From assembly GCA_001512745.1 (NCBI GenBank), contig LFSM01000075.1, positions 80,637-144,636 on the forward strand: a stretch of DNA of 64,000 bases, given 5' to 3'. This stretch comes from Clostridiales bacterium DTU032. GTDB taxonomy: Bacteria > Bacillota > Clostridia > Saccharofermentanales > DTU023. Both the position numbers and the translations under genes were made by a program. The stretch's first letter is position 1, and the number at the start of each line of letters is the position of its first letter. This document shows positions 37,932-46,964 of the stretch, piece by piece. The notes under the pieces are model-generated. The model saw only the letters and a list, made by a program, of their open reading frames with translations. It did not search any database and was not told where the DNA came from.

Positions 37932-39194
37932 TTACTTTTCTCTTGCTTTCAGTAAAAATTCCGCCAGATCATCTGATGCTACTGTGTCCTCTGCCCCATC
38001 TGACAGGCGTTTAATCAAAAACTGTTTAGCTGCCAGCTCTTCTGCCCCGTAAACCACCAGAAATTCTGCGTTACTGCGGTCAGCCTGCTTCATCTGGGCC
38101 TTCATGGAGCGTTCCATCACATCTGTCTGTACATTCAAACCTGACCGGATCAATTTTTGAGCCAGGGTCATAGCGGAGGCTGCTGTTTCAGGAAAAGAGA
38201 TGATGAAGAGATCTGCCGGCGCAGCTGCAGGCAGTTTGATTCCCTGAGCTTCTACCTCCAGAAGCAGACGTTCAATTCCCATTGCAAAACCAACCGCCGG
38301 AGTAGGCTTGCCTCCCAAAATTTCTATCAGGCCATCGTAACGGCCTCCGCCGCAAATTGATCCCTGTGTACCGACATGTGTTGAGACATATTCAAATACT
38401 GTACGGGAGTAATAGTCTAGCCCGCGCACCATACTTCTATTTATATTGTAGGAGATACCCAGCCCTTCCAAAGCCAGTTTGGCTTTGGCAAAATGTGCTT
38501 CACAATCAGAACAGAGATAGTCCAGCTGTGAAGGAGCATCCGCAATGAAAGGCTGGCAGCTCTCCACTTTACAATCCAGAATGCGCAAGGGGTTGATTTT
38601 AAAACGTTCCTTGCAGTCAGGGCACATTTGTCCCAGATTGGGTTCAAAATGCGTACGTAATGCATTCAAAAAATCCGGCCGGCATTGGGGACAACCGATA
38701 CTTCCTAATTCCAGTTGCCGCTCCGCCAAACCCAACTCCGTGAAAAAGGTATCCAGGATAGCAATTACTTCTGCATCAGCATAAGCGCTGGGGCTGCCGA
38801 TAATCTCACAACCAAGCTGCCAGAATTCGCGATAACGACCTTTCTGCATTTTTTCATAACGGAAAAAAGACATATCATAATAAAGTTTAACCGGTGACGG
38901 CAAAGAAGCCATACCATTTTCAATATAAGCACGGGCAATGCCTGCAGTGCCCTCAGGTCTCAGAGTCATGCTGCGTCCCGCTTTATCTTCAAATGTATAC
39001 ATTTCTTTACGTACGATATCAGTAGAACCGCCAACACCGCGGGCAAACAATTCGGTCTGCTCAAAAGTCGGTATTCTTATCTCTTTATAACCGTAGCGTT
39101 CACAGACTGAGGCGAATAAATTTTCGACTGCATGCCAGCGCGACATCTCATCCGGCAAAATGTCTTTTGTTCCCTTTGGTGCTGCAATATTCAT
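37932..39194 (-). CDS. hisS: Histidine-tRNA ligase
   Basis: MNIAAPKGTKDILPDE start, with the class II HisRS motifs (RYREFWQ, GGGRYDGL). ATG 39194 is preferred, with RBS GGAAGGA. The ORF-track GTG at 39230 sits at the predicted transcription start. Confidence 0.94.
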   Translation of the reverse strand: MNIAAPKGTKDILPDEMSRWHAVENLFASVCERYGYKEIRIPTFEQTELFARGVGGSTDIVRKEMYTFEDKAGRSMTLRPEGTAGIARAYIENGMASLPSPVKLYYDMSFFRYEKMQKGRYREFWQLGCEIIGSPSAYADAEVIAILDTFFTELGLAERQLELGSIGCPQCRPDFLNALRTHFEPNLGQMCPDCKERFKINPLRILDCKVESCQPFIADAPSQLDYLCSDCEAHFAKAKLALEGLGISYNINRSMVRGLDYYSRTVFEYVSTHVGTQGSICGGGRYDGLIEILGGKPTPAVGFAMGIERLLLEVEAQGIKLPAAAPADLFIISFPETAASAMTLAQKLIRSGLNVQTDVMERSMKAQMKQADRSNAEFLVVYGAEELAAKQFLIKRLSDGAEDTVASDDLAEFLLKAREK

Positions 39195-39236
39195 CTGTCT
39201 GATCCTTCCATGATAAATGTGTCTTTTCACCGCAAT

Positions 39237-39245
39237 ATTCTACCA
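39237..39245 (-). promoter_or_regulatory. Extended -10 promoter element for hisS-aspS
   Basis: On the - strand: TGGTAGAAT (TGn plus TAGAAT), about 45 nt upstream of the hisS ATG. There is no good -35. Confidence 0.35.
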
Positions 39246-39385
39246 CAAGCAGGCCTGTCAATTGTCTCCGTCTGCCGCGGATCGCGGATCATCATGTATA
39301 ATGAAAAGGAATTTGCCGCTAAATTGCTCTTAAAACCAGATTTTGCTTACAGGCCGGCGGTCAAAAATATAAAGGCAGGTTATCT

Positions 39386-39856
39386 ATGAATCTTCCCGAG
39401 TCATTAGAAAATTATCTGGAGAATATATTCATCCTCAGCCGTCACCAGCCGGTCGTTAAAGCGGTCGATCTGGCAAGAGCCATGGGCTTTTCAAAACCCA
39501 GTGTCAGCCGCGCAGTACACATTCTGGAAGATGAGGGTTATATCACGATCGGCGAACATGGAAAGCTCATACTGACTGAGACAGGGCATGAAATCGCCAG
39601 CAAAGTCTACGAGCGTCATCTCTTTCTGACTGAACTTTTCAAGGCCATGGGCGTTGACCCGCAAACTGCTGAGCAGGATGCCTGTGAGGTTGAACATGCG
39701 ATCTCAGCCTCGACATTCAATTTGTTGAAAGAGCATATCAGCTATATAGTAGAGAATCTTTCTGCGACAGATAACCCACTCAAACTCACCTCCGAAGTTC
39801 TGGGAAAGATTGAAGATAAAATCAATGCGCCTGCGGCTGCAGATGATCCCGAATAA
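39386..39856 (+). CDS. DtxR/MntR-family metal-dependent transcriptional regulator
   Basis: 156 aa containing ENYLENIFIL...ARAMGFSKPSVSRAVHILEDEGYI (winged HTH). The metal-site region ERHLFLTELF...DACEVEHAIS is typical of the DtxR family. There is no SH3-like C-terminal domain. Confidence 0.88.
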   Translation: MNLPESLENYLENIFILSRHQPVVKAVDLARAMGFSKPSVSRAVHILEDEGYITIGEHGKLILTETGHEIASKVYERHLFLTELFKAMGVDPQTAEQDACEVEHAISASTFNLLKEHISYIVENLSATDNPLKLTSEVLGKIEDKINAPAAADDPE

Positions 39857-39904
39857 AGCTATGGTCTGTCCATAGCCGCTCCTCAAGCAGACAGTCTGCT
39901 GAAC

Positions 39905-39946
39905 AATAAAAAACGACAGTGGCCCTTGCTACTGTCGTTTTTCTTT
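39905..39946. terminator. Bidirectional intrinsic terminator (DtxR-family gene on +, tRNA-Val on -)
   Basis: ACGACAGUGGC-CCUU-GCUACUGUCGU (11-bp stem), flanked by an A run upstream and UUUUCUUUU downstream. Confidence 0.75.
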
Positions 39947-40023
39947 TGGTGGGTGATATGGGACTTGAACCTATGGCCTCCTGCATGTCACGCAGGCACT
40001 CTAACCAGCTGAGCTAATCACCC
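39947..40023 (-). tRNA. tRNA-Val (anticodon GAC), CCA encoded
   Basis: On the - strand: GGGTGATTAGCTCAGCTGGTTAGAGTGCCTGCGTGACATGCAGGAGGCCATAGGTTCAAGTCCCATATCACCCACCA. The cloverleaf fits, with anticodon stem CCTGC/GCAGG and loop GTGACAT. Confidence 0.92.
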
Positions 40024-40057
40024 GTATCAGCTTTGATATCATAACCAAGACTAGAAA

Positions 40058-40945
40058 TTATGTCAACTTGTTTTTCTCAGCCTTTTCAATCTTCTTCTTA
40101 TTCGGGGCATAGACAGCCTCTGTACCATTATCAGGACTGACCACTGACCTCTTCCCTGCCCCGATGACCAGCTTTTTGATCTGCCGGCGGTAGTAATAGT
40201 AATACAAGCGGTCACGACGCTTCAGCATAGTGACATCCACCGGGAAAAAAAATCGCGCCCCATCCAGATCAATCAAAACCGGATAGAGACTGCCATATTT
40301 CATTGTTCCCAGAAAATTAACAACACCGGCACCGGCAGAACTTATTTCGTCAAAATTTTCCATATCAGTTAGAAAAATGAGAAAATTCTGTTCTGAAGCA
40401 GCCGTTTCCCAAAAGTGATCAATCCAGCGTTCTGCCTGCTTCAGTTTTTGATCCACTATCAGTACATTCAGCATTGGATGATAGCAAACGAAGCTGCGCT
40501 TGAAATAATGCCGTCCCCGCCAGGGACTTGCAATTGAGCGTTCCCGTTCGAAAATGAAATCAAAATGCTCGCTGTTGCCTAAATTGTAATTTTTACCTAC
40601 AAAAAAACTCTTAATTTCATTGAGTGCTTCCGGCCATCTTTCCTGCAAATGCTGATACTTCCTTGGAAGCATGAATCGGCGCAGTTTGGATAAACGACGC
40701 AGGCTCTCCGGGCTGCCGGGGTCATAACGTTCGAGAGCATGATTGCTAAAAACCTGATAAAAAAAGAGCAAAAACAGAATTGCAAATATTGCCAGGCCTA
40801 TATAGAAAATATTGCGCAACCAATTGATGCTGCTCAATTCAGGCCGGCCTGTTAATTCGCTGTTAATAAGATACAGAAATACAGCAAAAATAACCAAAAT
40901 AATCAGCTGTGAGATAAGCTCCTTAATTGACCCTTTTCGTCTCAT
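40058..40945 (-). CDS. Hypothetical membrane protein (2 N-terminal TM plus about 200-aa cytoplasmic domain)
   Basis: 295-aa clean ORF. No motif recognised. Confidence 0.6.
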   Translation of the reverse strand: MRRKGSIKELISQLIILVIFAVFLYLINSELTGRPELSSINWLRNIFYIGLAIFAILFLLFFYQVFSNHALERYDPGSPESLRRLSKLRRFMLPRKYQHLQERWPEALNEIKSFFVGKNYNLGNSEHFDFIFERERSIASPWRGRHYFKRSFVCYHPMLNVLIVDQKLKQAERWIDHFWETAASEQNFLIFLTDMENFDEISSAGAGVVNFLGTMKYGSLYPVLIDLDGARFFFPVDVTMLKRRDRLYYYYYRRQIKKLVIGAGKRSVVSPDNGTEAVYAPNKKKIEKAEKNKLT

Positions 40946-40999
40946 TAGGTCTCCCCCTGAGTGATGTAATCAAGCTGATGACTAACCGCTCATCAGGAT

Positions 41000-41401
41000 T
41001 TATTTGAACTGAACTTCCAGCTCCATCTCACTGACACAACTAATGGTCTTGTACACAGAACAGTATTTTGTTGCCAGACCCGTTGCACGCCTGAAACGAT
41101 CACTTTGCTCTTCAGCAGCACCGGAGATGACCATAGTTACTTTCACATACTCCAGAGTAGCAGGGGTTTCCTCACGCTTAACTCCATCAGCTGTCATTTC
41201 ACAGCTGTCAAATTCAAGTTTCATCTTTTTCACAATGTCTAAAAACGTGGCATAAAGACAGGATAGCAAGGCTCCCAGAAGCAAGTTGTAGGGCCTTAAC
41301 TGACCTTCTTTTCCACCTATAGCTACTGTTCCGTTTTCAGCTGTTAAAACACCATCAAACTCATTGCCGAATTCCAGCTTAACGTGTTCTTTTTCTTTCA
41401 T
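41000..41401 (-). CDS. OsmC/Ohr-family protein
   Basis: 133 aa with the OsmC-like pattern (PYNLLLGALLSCLYATF ... KYCSVYKTI) and two conserved Cys. Confidence 0.8.
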   Translation of the reverse strand: MKEKEHVKLEFGNEFDGVLTAENGTVAIGGKEGQLRPYNLLLGALLSCLYATFLDIVKKMKLEFDSCEMTADGVKREETPATLEYVKVTMVISGAAEEQSDRFRRATGLATKYCSVYKTISCVSEMELEVQFK

Positions 41402-41413
41402 CGTCTCCTCTTT

Positions 41414-42748
41414 CTAGCGTCCTTGCAGGATCACAGTCGCCTCCATCTCCTCACCATTTCTTTCAAATTTCACGGTCATGGAATCACCGACATCAAGCGT
41501 GTTCTTGATGTCGTTCAACTCACCGGTACTTGCTACAGGCTGACCTTCAGCCTCAAAAACCACATCACCGGACTTCAAACCGGCCAAAGAAGCAGCACTT
41601 CCTTTTTCCACAGTAACAATAAGCACTCCGGGATAACGCAAGTCTTTCTCCTGAGCATCAAATTCTTCCAGTGCGATTACAGTAATACCCAACATTGGCC
41701 ACTCATGCTTTCCTGTCCGGATTAAACTTTCAATAATCGGTATGGCAGCATTTGAAGGTATCGCAAAACTTATGCCCTGAATGGTTGGCTGACCGGATCC
41801 GTCATCTAAAATCTTCAACTGATTGATCCCGATCACTTCACCGTAAGCGTTAAAGAGCGGGCCTCCGGAATTTCCCGGATTCAAAGCAGCATCTGTTTGA
41901 ATCAGCCGCAAAGGAGTGCTCCCGGTCAATTCTCGTTTTACTGCAGAAATGATGCCCTGGGTAACTGTCCCGCGAAGCTGGCCCGTAGGGTTACCTATAG
42001 CGACAGCCAGTTCACCCACCTGAACCTGATCTGAATCCCCAAAAGAAACCGTAGGAAAACTGACACCTTTTCCCTCTATTTTTAAAACAGCTATATCTGC
42101 GTATTCATCACTGCCGACAACAGCTGCTTCATAGCGCGAGTTATTGTCCAGATAAACATAAACAGCTGTGTGGTCCTCAATAACATGTGCGTTGGTTATG
42201 ACATAGCCATCTTCAGTAATAATAAAACCTGAGCCTGAGACGGTGCTCTCCTGTACAACACCAAATCCGCCCTGAGTCGTAATATTTGTATAGATAGCGA
42301 CGGTCGCAGGACTGTTTTTCTCTGACAGCTCAGGAATAGTCAGGAGTTTCTTGCCTTCTTGTGGCAAAGGAGGAGCAAACTCTTCCAGTGAAAAATTAGG
42401 ATTTACAACACCGCTTTCAGTTTGATCAGGCTTTTCAGTTTGTAAAGGAGGAGGGTTTTCGCTGTCAGTCCCACTATTAGGCTCTGTATTCTGGATAGCT
42501 GGTGGTCTCTGACTTGGATTGCTGTCCCCATTTGAGTTCCCATCAAGATATGTTTTGTTAACAAATCTATACAAGAGTAAATTCAAGCCTGTGAAAAGGA
42601 TGGCAACTACTAAAACAGTAGCGATGATAGCAATAACTGCAGGTCCACGTCTTTTTGGCGGCTCCTGATTGCGGTAACTGTTGCTGTAAGGATCATAGGA
42701 GGATTTATTCGAAGATCCAGAATCATAATTCGGCGTTTGCATGTTCAT
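41414..42748 (-). CDS. htrA: HtrA/DegP-family serine protease with PDZ domain, membrane anchored
   Basis: 444 aa with a TM anchor, a trypsin-like domain (TNAHVI, DIAVLKI, GNSGGPLFN) and a C-terminal PDZ domain. Confidence 0.92.
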   Translation of the reverse strand: MNMQTPNYDSGSSNKSSYDPYSNSYRNQEPPKRRGPAVIAIIATVLVVAILFTGLNLLLYRFVNKTYLDGNSNGDSNPSQRPPAIQNTEPNSGTDSENPPPLQTEKPDQTESGVVNPNFSLEEFAPPLPQEGKKLLTIPELSEKNSPATVAIYTNITTQGGFGVVQESTVSGSGFIITEDGYVITNAHVIEDHTAVYVYLDNNSRYEAAVVGSDEYADIAVLKIEGKGVSFPTVSFGDSDQVQVGELAVAIGNPTGQLRGTVTQGIISAVKRELTGSTPLRLIQTDAALNPGNSGGPLFNAYGEVIGINQLKILDDGSGQPTIQGISFAIPSNAAIPIIESLIRTGKHEWPMLGITVIALEEFDAQEKDLRYPGVLIVTVEKGSAASLAGLKSGDVVFEAEGQPVASTGELNDIKNTLDVGDSMTVKFERNGEEMEATVILQGR

Positions 42749-42856
42749 TTAGCTCTTACCTCCAAGATAAAACTAATACTAATTAATTCTCAAGAATAAT
42801 ACACCACTATTGTGACAAGAGTTTGGATTATTTTCGGCAAAATTCTTATTGAGAGA

Positions 42857-43591
42857 TTATTGAGCTGAATCATCGCTGTCCCTGTCATTCTCTCTGGGAA
42901 ACTGAACGGGAATGCGGGTGCGTGTATGGCTATCCAGGTCTTCTATTGGACTTTGGCGGATACCGGGAGCTCTCCTTTTCCGTTTTTTTCCGTCGATAAT
43001 AGGCTGGAAAACATATTTTTTATATGTGAAATCGAGCAGATACTGTATTCCCCTTATCAGACCAAAGGAAAGCAAGGGTACAGTCAGGAGGAGAGCCACG
43101 ATAAGGAGCATCTCCAGTACAACCCACAAACCACCTGCAACAATTCCCAGAATCATACCGAACAAGCTGCCTGCAAATTCAAAAAAGCCAATGGATGCGG
43201 AAATGTGATTATCCATCCGCTCTAAAACAAGAACAGATGCATCGTCTATCTGCTCCGGCACCAGCGGCAAAAAGAAATGCAGCAAGATATAAAAGAGAAG
43301 AATATATTTAAACATATAGAGTATTAACAGTAAGGGTCTGATCGCAAGTGGCAGACGGTAATAAAAACTGGACAAGAGAGGGGTTAGAAGAACAAGAATA
43401 ATCAGAAATACTAAAGATCCTGGATATGGAACAAAAATGAAGCGATCCGTCCATTGCGGACGCAGATATGATAAGACAAAAAATAGCAGCATTAATACAG
43501 ACAAAATTATGTGAGCACCCAAATGTCTCCTTTTTTTATACTCTGTATCGCTCCAGATCGGACCTATTAGAGAACCTTCTAAATAATCCAT
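42857..43591 (-). CDS. Hypothetical polytopic membrane protein
   Basis: At least 6 hydrophobic segments and a charged C-terminal tail. ATG 43591 lies 2 nt after the TGATGA double stop of the upstream ORF. The ORF-track start at 43630 would overlap that ORF by 35 nt. Confidence 0.6.
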   Translation of the reverse strand: MDYLEGSLIGPIWSDTEYKKRRHLGAHIILSVLMLLFFVLSYLRPQWTDRFIFVPYPGSLVFLIILVLLTPLLSSFYYRLPLAIRPLLLILYMFKYILLFYILLHFFLPLVPEQIDDASVLVLERMDNHISASIGFFEFAGSLFGMILGIVAGGLWVVLEMLLIVALLLTVPLLSFGLIRGIQYLLDFTYKKYVFQPIIDGKKRKRRAPGIRQSPIEDLDSHTRTRIPVQFPRENDRDSDDSAQ

Positions 43592-43595
43592 CTCA

Positions 43596-44006
43596 TCACC
43601 AGAACAAGGTAAGATCACTTGTCTCTTCAATTAGAGCCATAAATTTTCTTAAGAATCCGTCACTGGGGTCATTGCCTTCATAGATATTTGCCCGCTCTTT
43701 TCCCCGTATTGTTATTTTCCAATAAAAGGGGCAGTTTTCTGATACCTGATTCTCAACCTCATCCTGACTTAGCATCGGCTGATAAGGCATTTTTTTAAGG
43801 ATTTCCCGTGCCTTTGCAGTTTTCTCCTCATTGAGCGACCGCACATAATTTTTATTCCATTGATTACTATCCTGCCAATAGAAAATTCGCCTCTCCAGAT
43901 TGATAAAAGCATGAACATAGCCATGCCGGAAAATTGAGTACTTACACTCTATAATCTCGGGATTCTGAATAATATGTGATGCGTTTGTTTTATTTTCCTC
44001 GCTCAT
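43596..44006 (-). CDS. Hypothetical soluble protein (136 aa)
   Basis: Clean ORF downstream of whiA. No motif recognised. Confidence 0.55.
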   Translation of the reverse strand: MSEENKTNASHIIQNPEIIECKYSIFRHGYVHAFINLERRIFYWQDSNQWNKNYVRSLNEEKTAKAREILKKMPYQPMLSQDEVENQVSENCPFYWKITIRGKERANIYEGNDPSDGFLRKFMALIEETSDLTLFW

Positions 44007-44115
44007 ACTTTTCAGTCCTCAGTTCATCAGTCAATTTAACCAGCTTAATTCATATGACAGTATTCCGGCTAGCTTAGAAAATTAGAATTATTATAGCACG
44101 TCAGGATATCCGGTG

Positions 44116-45033
44116 TTACTCTTGCGATTCAATTATCTTATCTGCCAAGGCATGCAAGCGTCTCATACGGTGACTTACTCCCGACTTACCGATTGGCGGT
44201 GTCATTAATTCACCTAAGTCTGCCAGACTGAGCTCAGGATTCTCCAGGCGAAGCCGCGCTGTTTCAGCCAATTGCAGAGGTATAGATTCCAGACCAAGGC
44301 TCCGCTCAATAATGTCGATACTTTCCATTTGCCTCCCGACCGCTTTGGTCATCCGTTCAATATTAGCTTCATCAAAATTCACTTGTCTCTGAACTGTTCC
44401 CAGCAGTTCTAATTCAGAACGGGCTTCCTCAAAACGCAGCAATGACAGATGTGCTCCTGACAAACGAAGGAAATCAGAGATATCATCACCGCTGGATAGA
44501 TAGACAGCTTTGCGCTTGTTACTGCCTGTCTGCCGGAAGGGAAGTTCCATAGCAAGCAGGATGTCGCACAACTCCTCATTACGTGTAGCTGCAAGTGGGC
44601 TGATCTCCAGGTGATAAATCCGCTTTAAGGGGTCTGACATAGAGCCTGCAGCCAGGAAAAGTGGTGCTAGTATATTCCACCAGTCCGACTGCGGCCTGGT
44701 TTTCACAAAAGCATAAAAATCATAGTTAATCAGTTCCCACTCTTGACCCTTGAGATCCAACTCTATTTGCTGGTCGCGCTTACCTTTGCTGACAACTTGC
44801 GCTTGTCCCGACACATGTCTGGCCAAGTCAGAAATCAGACGAGCAGTTTCCCTGCGCGATACCCGCAGAACAAAAGGCTGGCCTGGCTGAGCTTTTAGCG
44901 AAAGCAGTGAAAAAGACGACAATGCTGTCAGGGCAGTGCTTTTAGTCCACTCTTTAGCGGATAACTTAGATAATAGTTCATCTCTCACTTTACTTGAAAA
45001 GCTCATAACATCATCCTGAGGAACATACGTCAT
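44116..45033 (-). CDS. whiA: DNA-binding protein WhiA
   Basis: 305 aa with degenerate LAGLIDADG-like repeats and the C-terminal HTH LSLADLGELMTPPIGKSGVSHRMRRL. Confidence 0.93.
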   Translation of the reverse strand: MTYVPQDDVMSFSSKVRDELLSKLSAKEWTKSTALTALSSFSLLSLKAQPGQPFVLRVSRRETARLISDLARHVSGQAQVVSKGKRDQQIELDLKGQEWELINYDFYAFVKTRPQSDWWNILAPLFLAAGSMSDPLKRIYHLEISPLAATRNEELCDILLAMELPFRQTGSNKRKAVYLSSGDDISDFLRLSGAHLSLLRFEEARSELELLGTVQRQVNFDEANIERMTKAVGRQMESIDIIERSLGLESIPLQLAETARLRLENPELSLADLGELMTPPIGKSGVSHRMRRLHALADKIIESQE

Positions 45034-45938
45034 TACGGCATTGGCGTTGACCCGCTATCTTTCAAATCACGCTCAATATCTCGATGATCAATAACAATAC
45101 GGCTTAAGTCACCGGTCAGGAGGCCTGCCAGCCGCTCTGCCAGGTGCACGCTTCTATGCCGGCCGCCAGTACAGCCTACTCCGATATGCAAACGCGCTTT
45201 TCCTTCCCTTATATATAGGGGAAGGGCGAAATCATAGAAGTTTTTCTGCAATTTAAGAAATTCATCTGTCTCAGGCATATGATCAATATAGTCCTTAACT
45301 GGCTGATCCAAACCGGATAAAGGCCTCAATTCATCTATATAGAAGGGATTGGGCAGGAAGCGTACGTCCACTACATTGTCACAGTCGGAGGGGATGCCGT
45401 ATTTGAATCCAAATGACTGCAAAAATATCGTTATCCGGGCAGCTGAATCTGTTTTATCCATAAAAATCCGGAAAAGTGAGTCCCGCAGTTCAGCCAAGCT
45501 GAGCACAGATGTATCAATAATTTCTGTTGCCAGTTCCCGGACCGGCAACATTAATTCCTGTTCCAGACGAATAGCTTCGATCAGGCTTCTGCCTGCAGAC
45601 AGAGGATGGTCCCGGCGACTCTGCTTATAACGGCTGATCAGGCTTTTCTCCGACGCCTCAAGATATAGCACGCTTACATCCAGCTTCTTCTCTTTCATAT
45701 CTTCCAGTGCGGGAACGAGTTTTTCAATCAAATAGGGATTGCGCATGTCCATCACCAGAACGAGTTTGGCACTGCCGGCTCCATCATCCATTAGTTCACG
45801 GTCAGCCAATACATTAAAAATATCGGTGCTTAATTGCGGGGGCAGATTGTCAATGACAAAATATCCCATATCTTCAAAATAATGAGCAGCAGAACTTTTG
45901 CCGCTGCCGGATAAGCCTGTAATAATTACTATTTCCAT
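45033..45938 (-). CDS. rapZ: RNase adapter protein RapZ (YvcJ)
   Basis: 301 aa starting MEIVIITGLSGSGKSSAAHYFEDMGYFVIDNLPP and containing C-terminal GCTGGRHRSV. Its stop overlaps the whiA start (TAATG). Confidence 0.95.
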   Translation of the reverse strand: MEIVIITGLSGSGKSSAAHYFEDMGYFVIDNLPPQLSTDIFNVLADRELMDDGAGSAKLVLVMDMRNPYLIEKLVPALEDMKEKKLDVSVLYLEASEKSLISRYKQSRRDHPLSAGRSLIEAIRLEQELMLPVRELATEIIDTSVLSLAELRDSLFRIFMDKTDSAARITIFLQSFGFKYGIPSDCDNVVDVRFLPNPFYIDELRPLSGLDQPVKDYIDHMPETDEFLKLQKNFYDFALPLYIREGKARLHIGVGCTGGRHRSVHLAERLAGLLTGDLSRIVIDHRDIERDLKDSGSTPMP

Positions 45939-45971
45939 TACTTGTCCTTATCTATTTCTAATACTGCGAGC

Positions 45972-46919
45972 TTAATCCGAGTTTCTTTGTGGCAATTCCT
46001 CCTGCCAGTCTCCGATAAACTTTACCTCGGGATAGAGCATTACATCAAAGTTTTCATAAACTTTATTCTGCACAATATGGAAAACTTCCAGCACCTCAGA
46101 TGCATTAGATTTACCGTCCTGTATGATGAAACCGGCGTGTTTTCCGGACACTCCGGCATGACCATGCCAAAAGCCTTTAAGACCGGAATCTGAGATCAAC
46201 TTGCCTGCAAAGTGACCGGGAGGCCGCTTGAAGGCACTGCCGGCCGATGGATAATTGAGTGGCTGAGACTTATAACGGCGCAGTGCAATATCGGACATTT
46301 CATCATAGATATCCTGAGCCGGAGCCGGTTGAAGCTTAAAAGTCGTATTGATCACAAAGCAATCCGTATTATCATTAAAAAAACTGCCACGATAGTTAAA
46401 ATTATGTTCAGTAGCTTCCAGTGTTCGGACTTGTCCTTCTGCATCCAGGTATTGACTGCGCAGAACAATATCAGCCATTTTCCCCGTATAAGCGCCTGCA
46501 TTCATAACGACAGCACCGCCAACCGAGCCCGGAATACCACTGGAAAAAGCCAGACCGGCCAAGCCCGCTGCAGCTCCTTTAGCGGCAAGATCTGAAAGTC
46601 TGGCTCCGGCTGAAGCCGTCAGTTCATTATCCAAAATATTAATCCCGGCCATTTCCGGAGAAAGCTGGCAGACAATACCACGGATTCCCAGATCGGAAAT
46701 CAAAACATTGGTCGCAAGACCTAAAACTGTCAACTTCCAGTCTTCCTGGCGAATCAACTGAATTGCAGCTACAAAAGCTTTTTCTGTCTGCGGTCTTATA
46801 TATATATCTGCGGGTCCGCCCAATTTAAAATTGCTGAAAGGAGCCATGGACATATCTTCAGCAATATTTAAGTCTTTAATCCTCTTTAGCTTGTTAAAAG
46901 CTCTTTTTTTATCAAACAT
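45972..46919 (-). CDS. murB: UDP-N-acetylenolpyruvoylglucosamine reductase
   Basis: 315 aa with an FAD-binding PCMH domain (FKLGGPADIYIRP, GLATNVLISD) and a MurB C-terminal domain (SAGSAFKRP). Confidence 0.94.
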   Translation of the reverse strand: MFDKKRAFNKLKRIKDLNIAEDMSMAPFSNFKLGGPADIYIRPQTEKAFVAAIQLIRQEDWKLTVLGLATNVLISDLGIRGIVCQLSPEMAGINILDNELTASAGARLSDLAAKGAAAGLAGLAFSSGIPGSVGGAVVMNAGAYTGKMADIVLRSQYLDAEGQVRTLEATEHNFNYRGSFFNDNTDCFVINTTFKLQPAPAQDIYDEMSDIALRRYKSQPLNYPSAGSAFKRPPGHFAGKLISDSGLKGFWHGHAGVSGKHAGFIIQDGKSNASEVLEVFHIVQNKVYENFDVMLYPEVKFIGDWQEELPQRNSD

Positions 46920-46964
46920 CGTTAACTACTCATTTCTTAAATCCGGATCCTGCAGTCTTCATTC

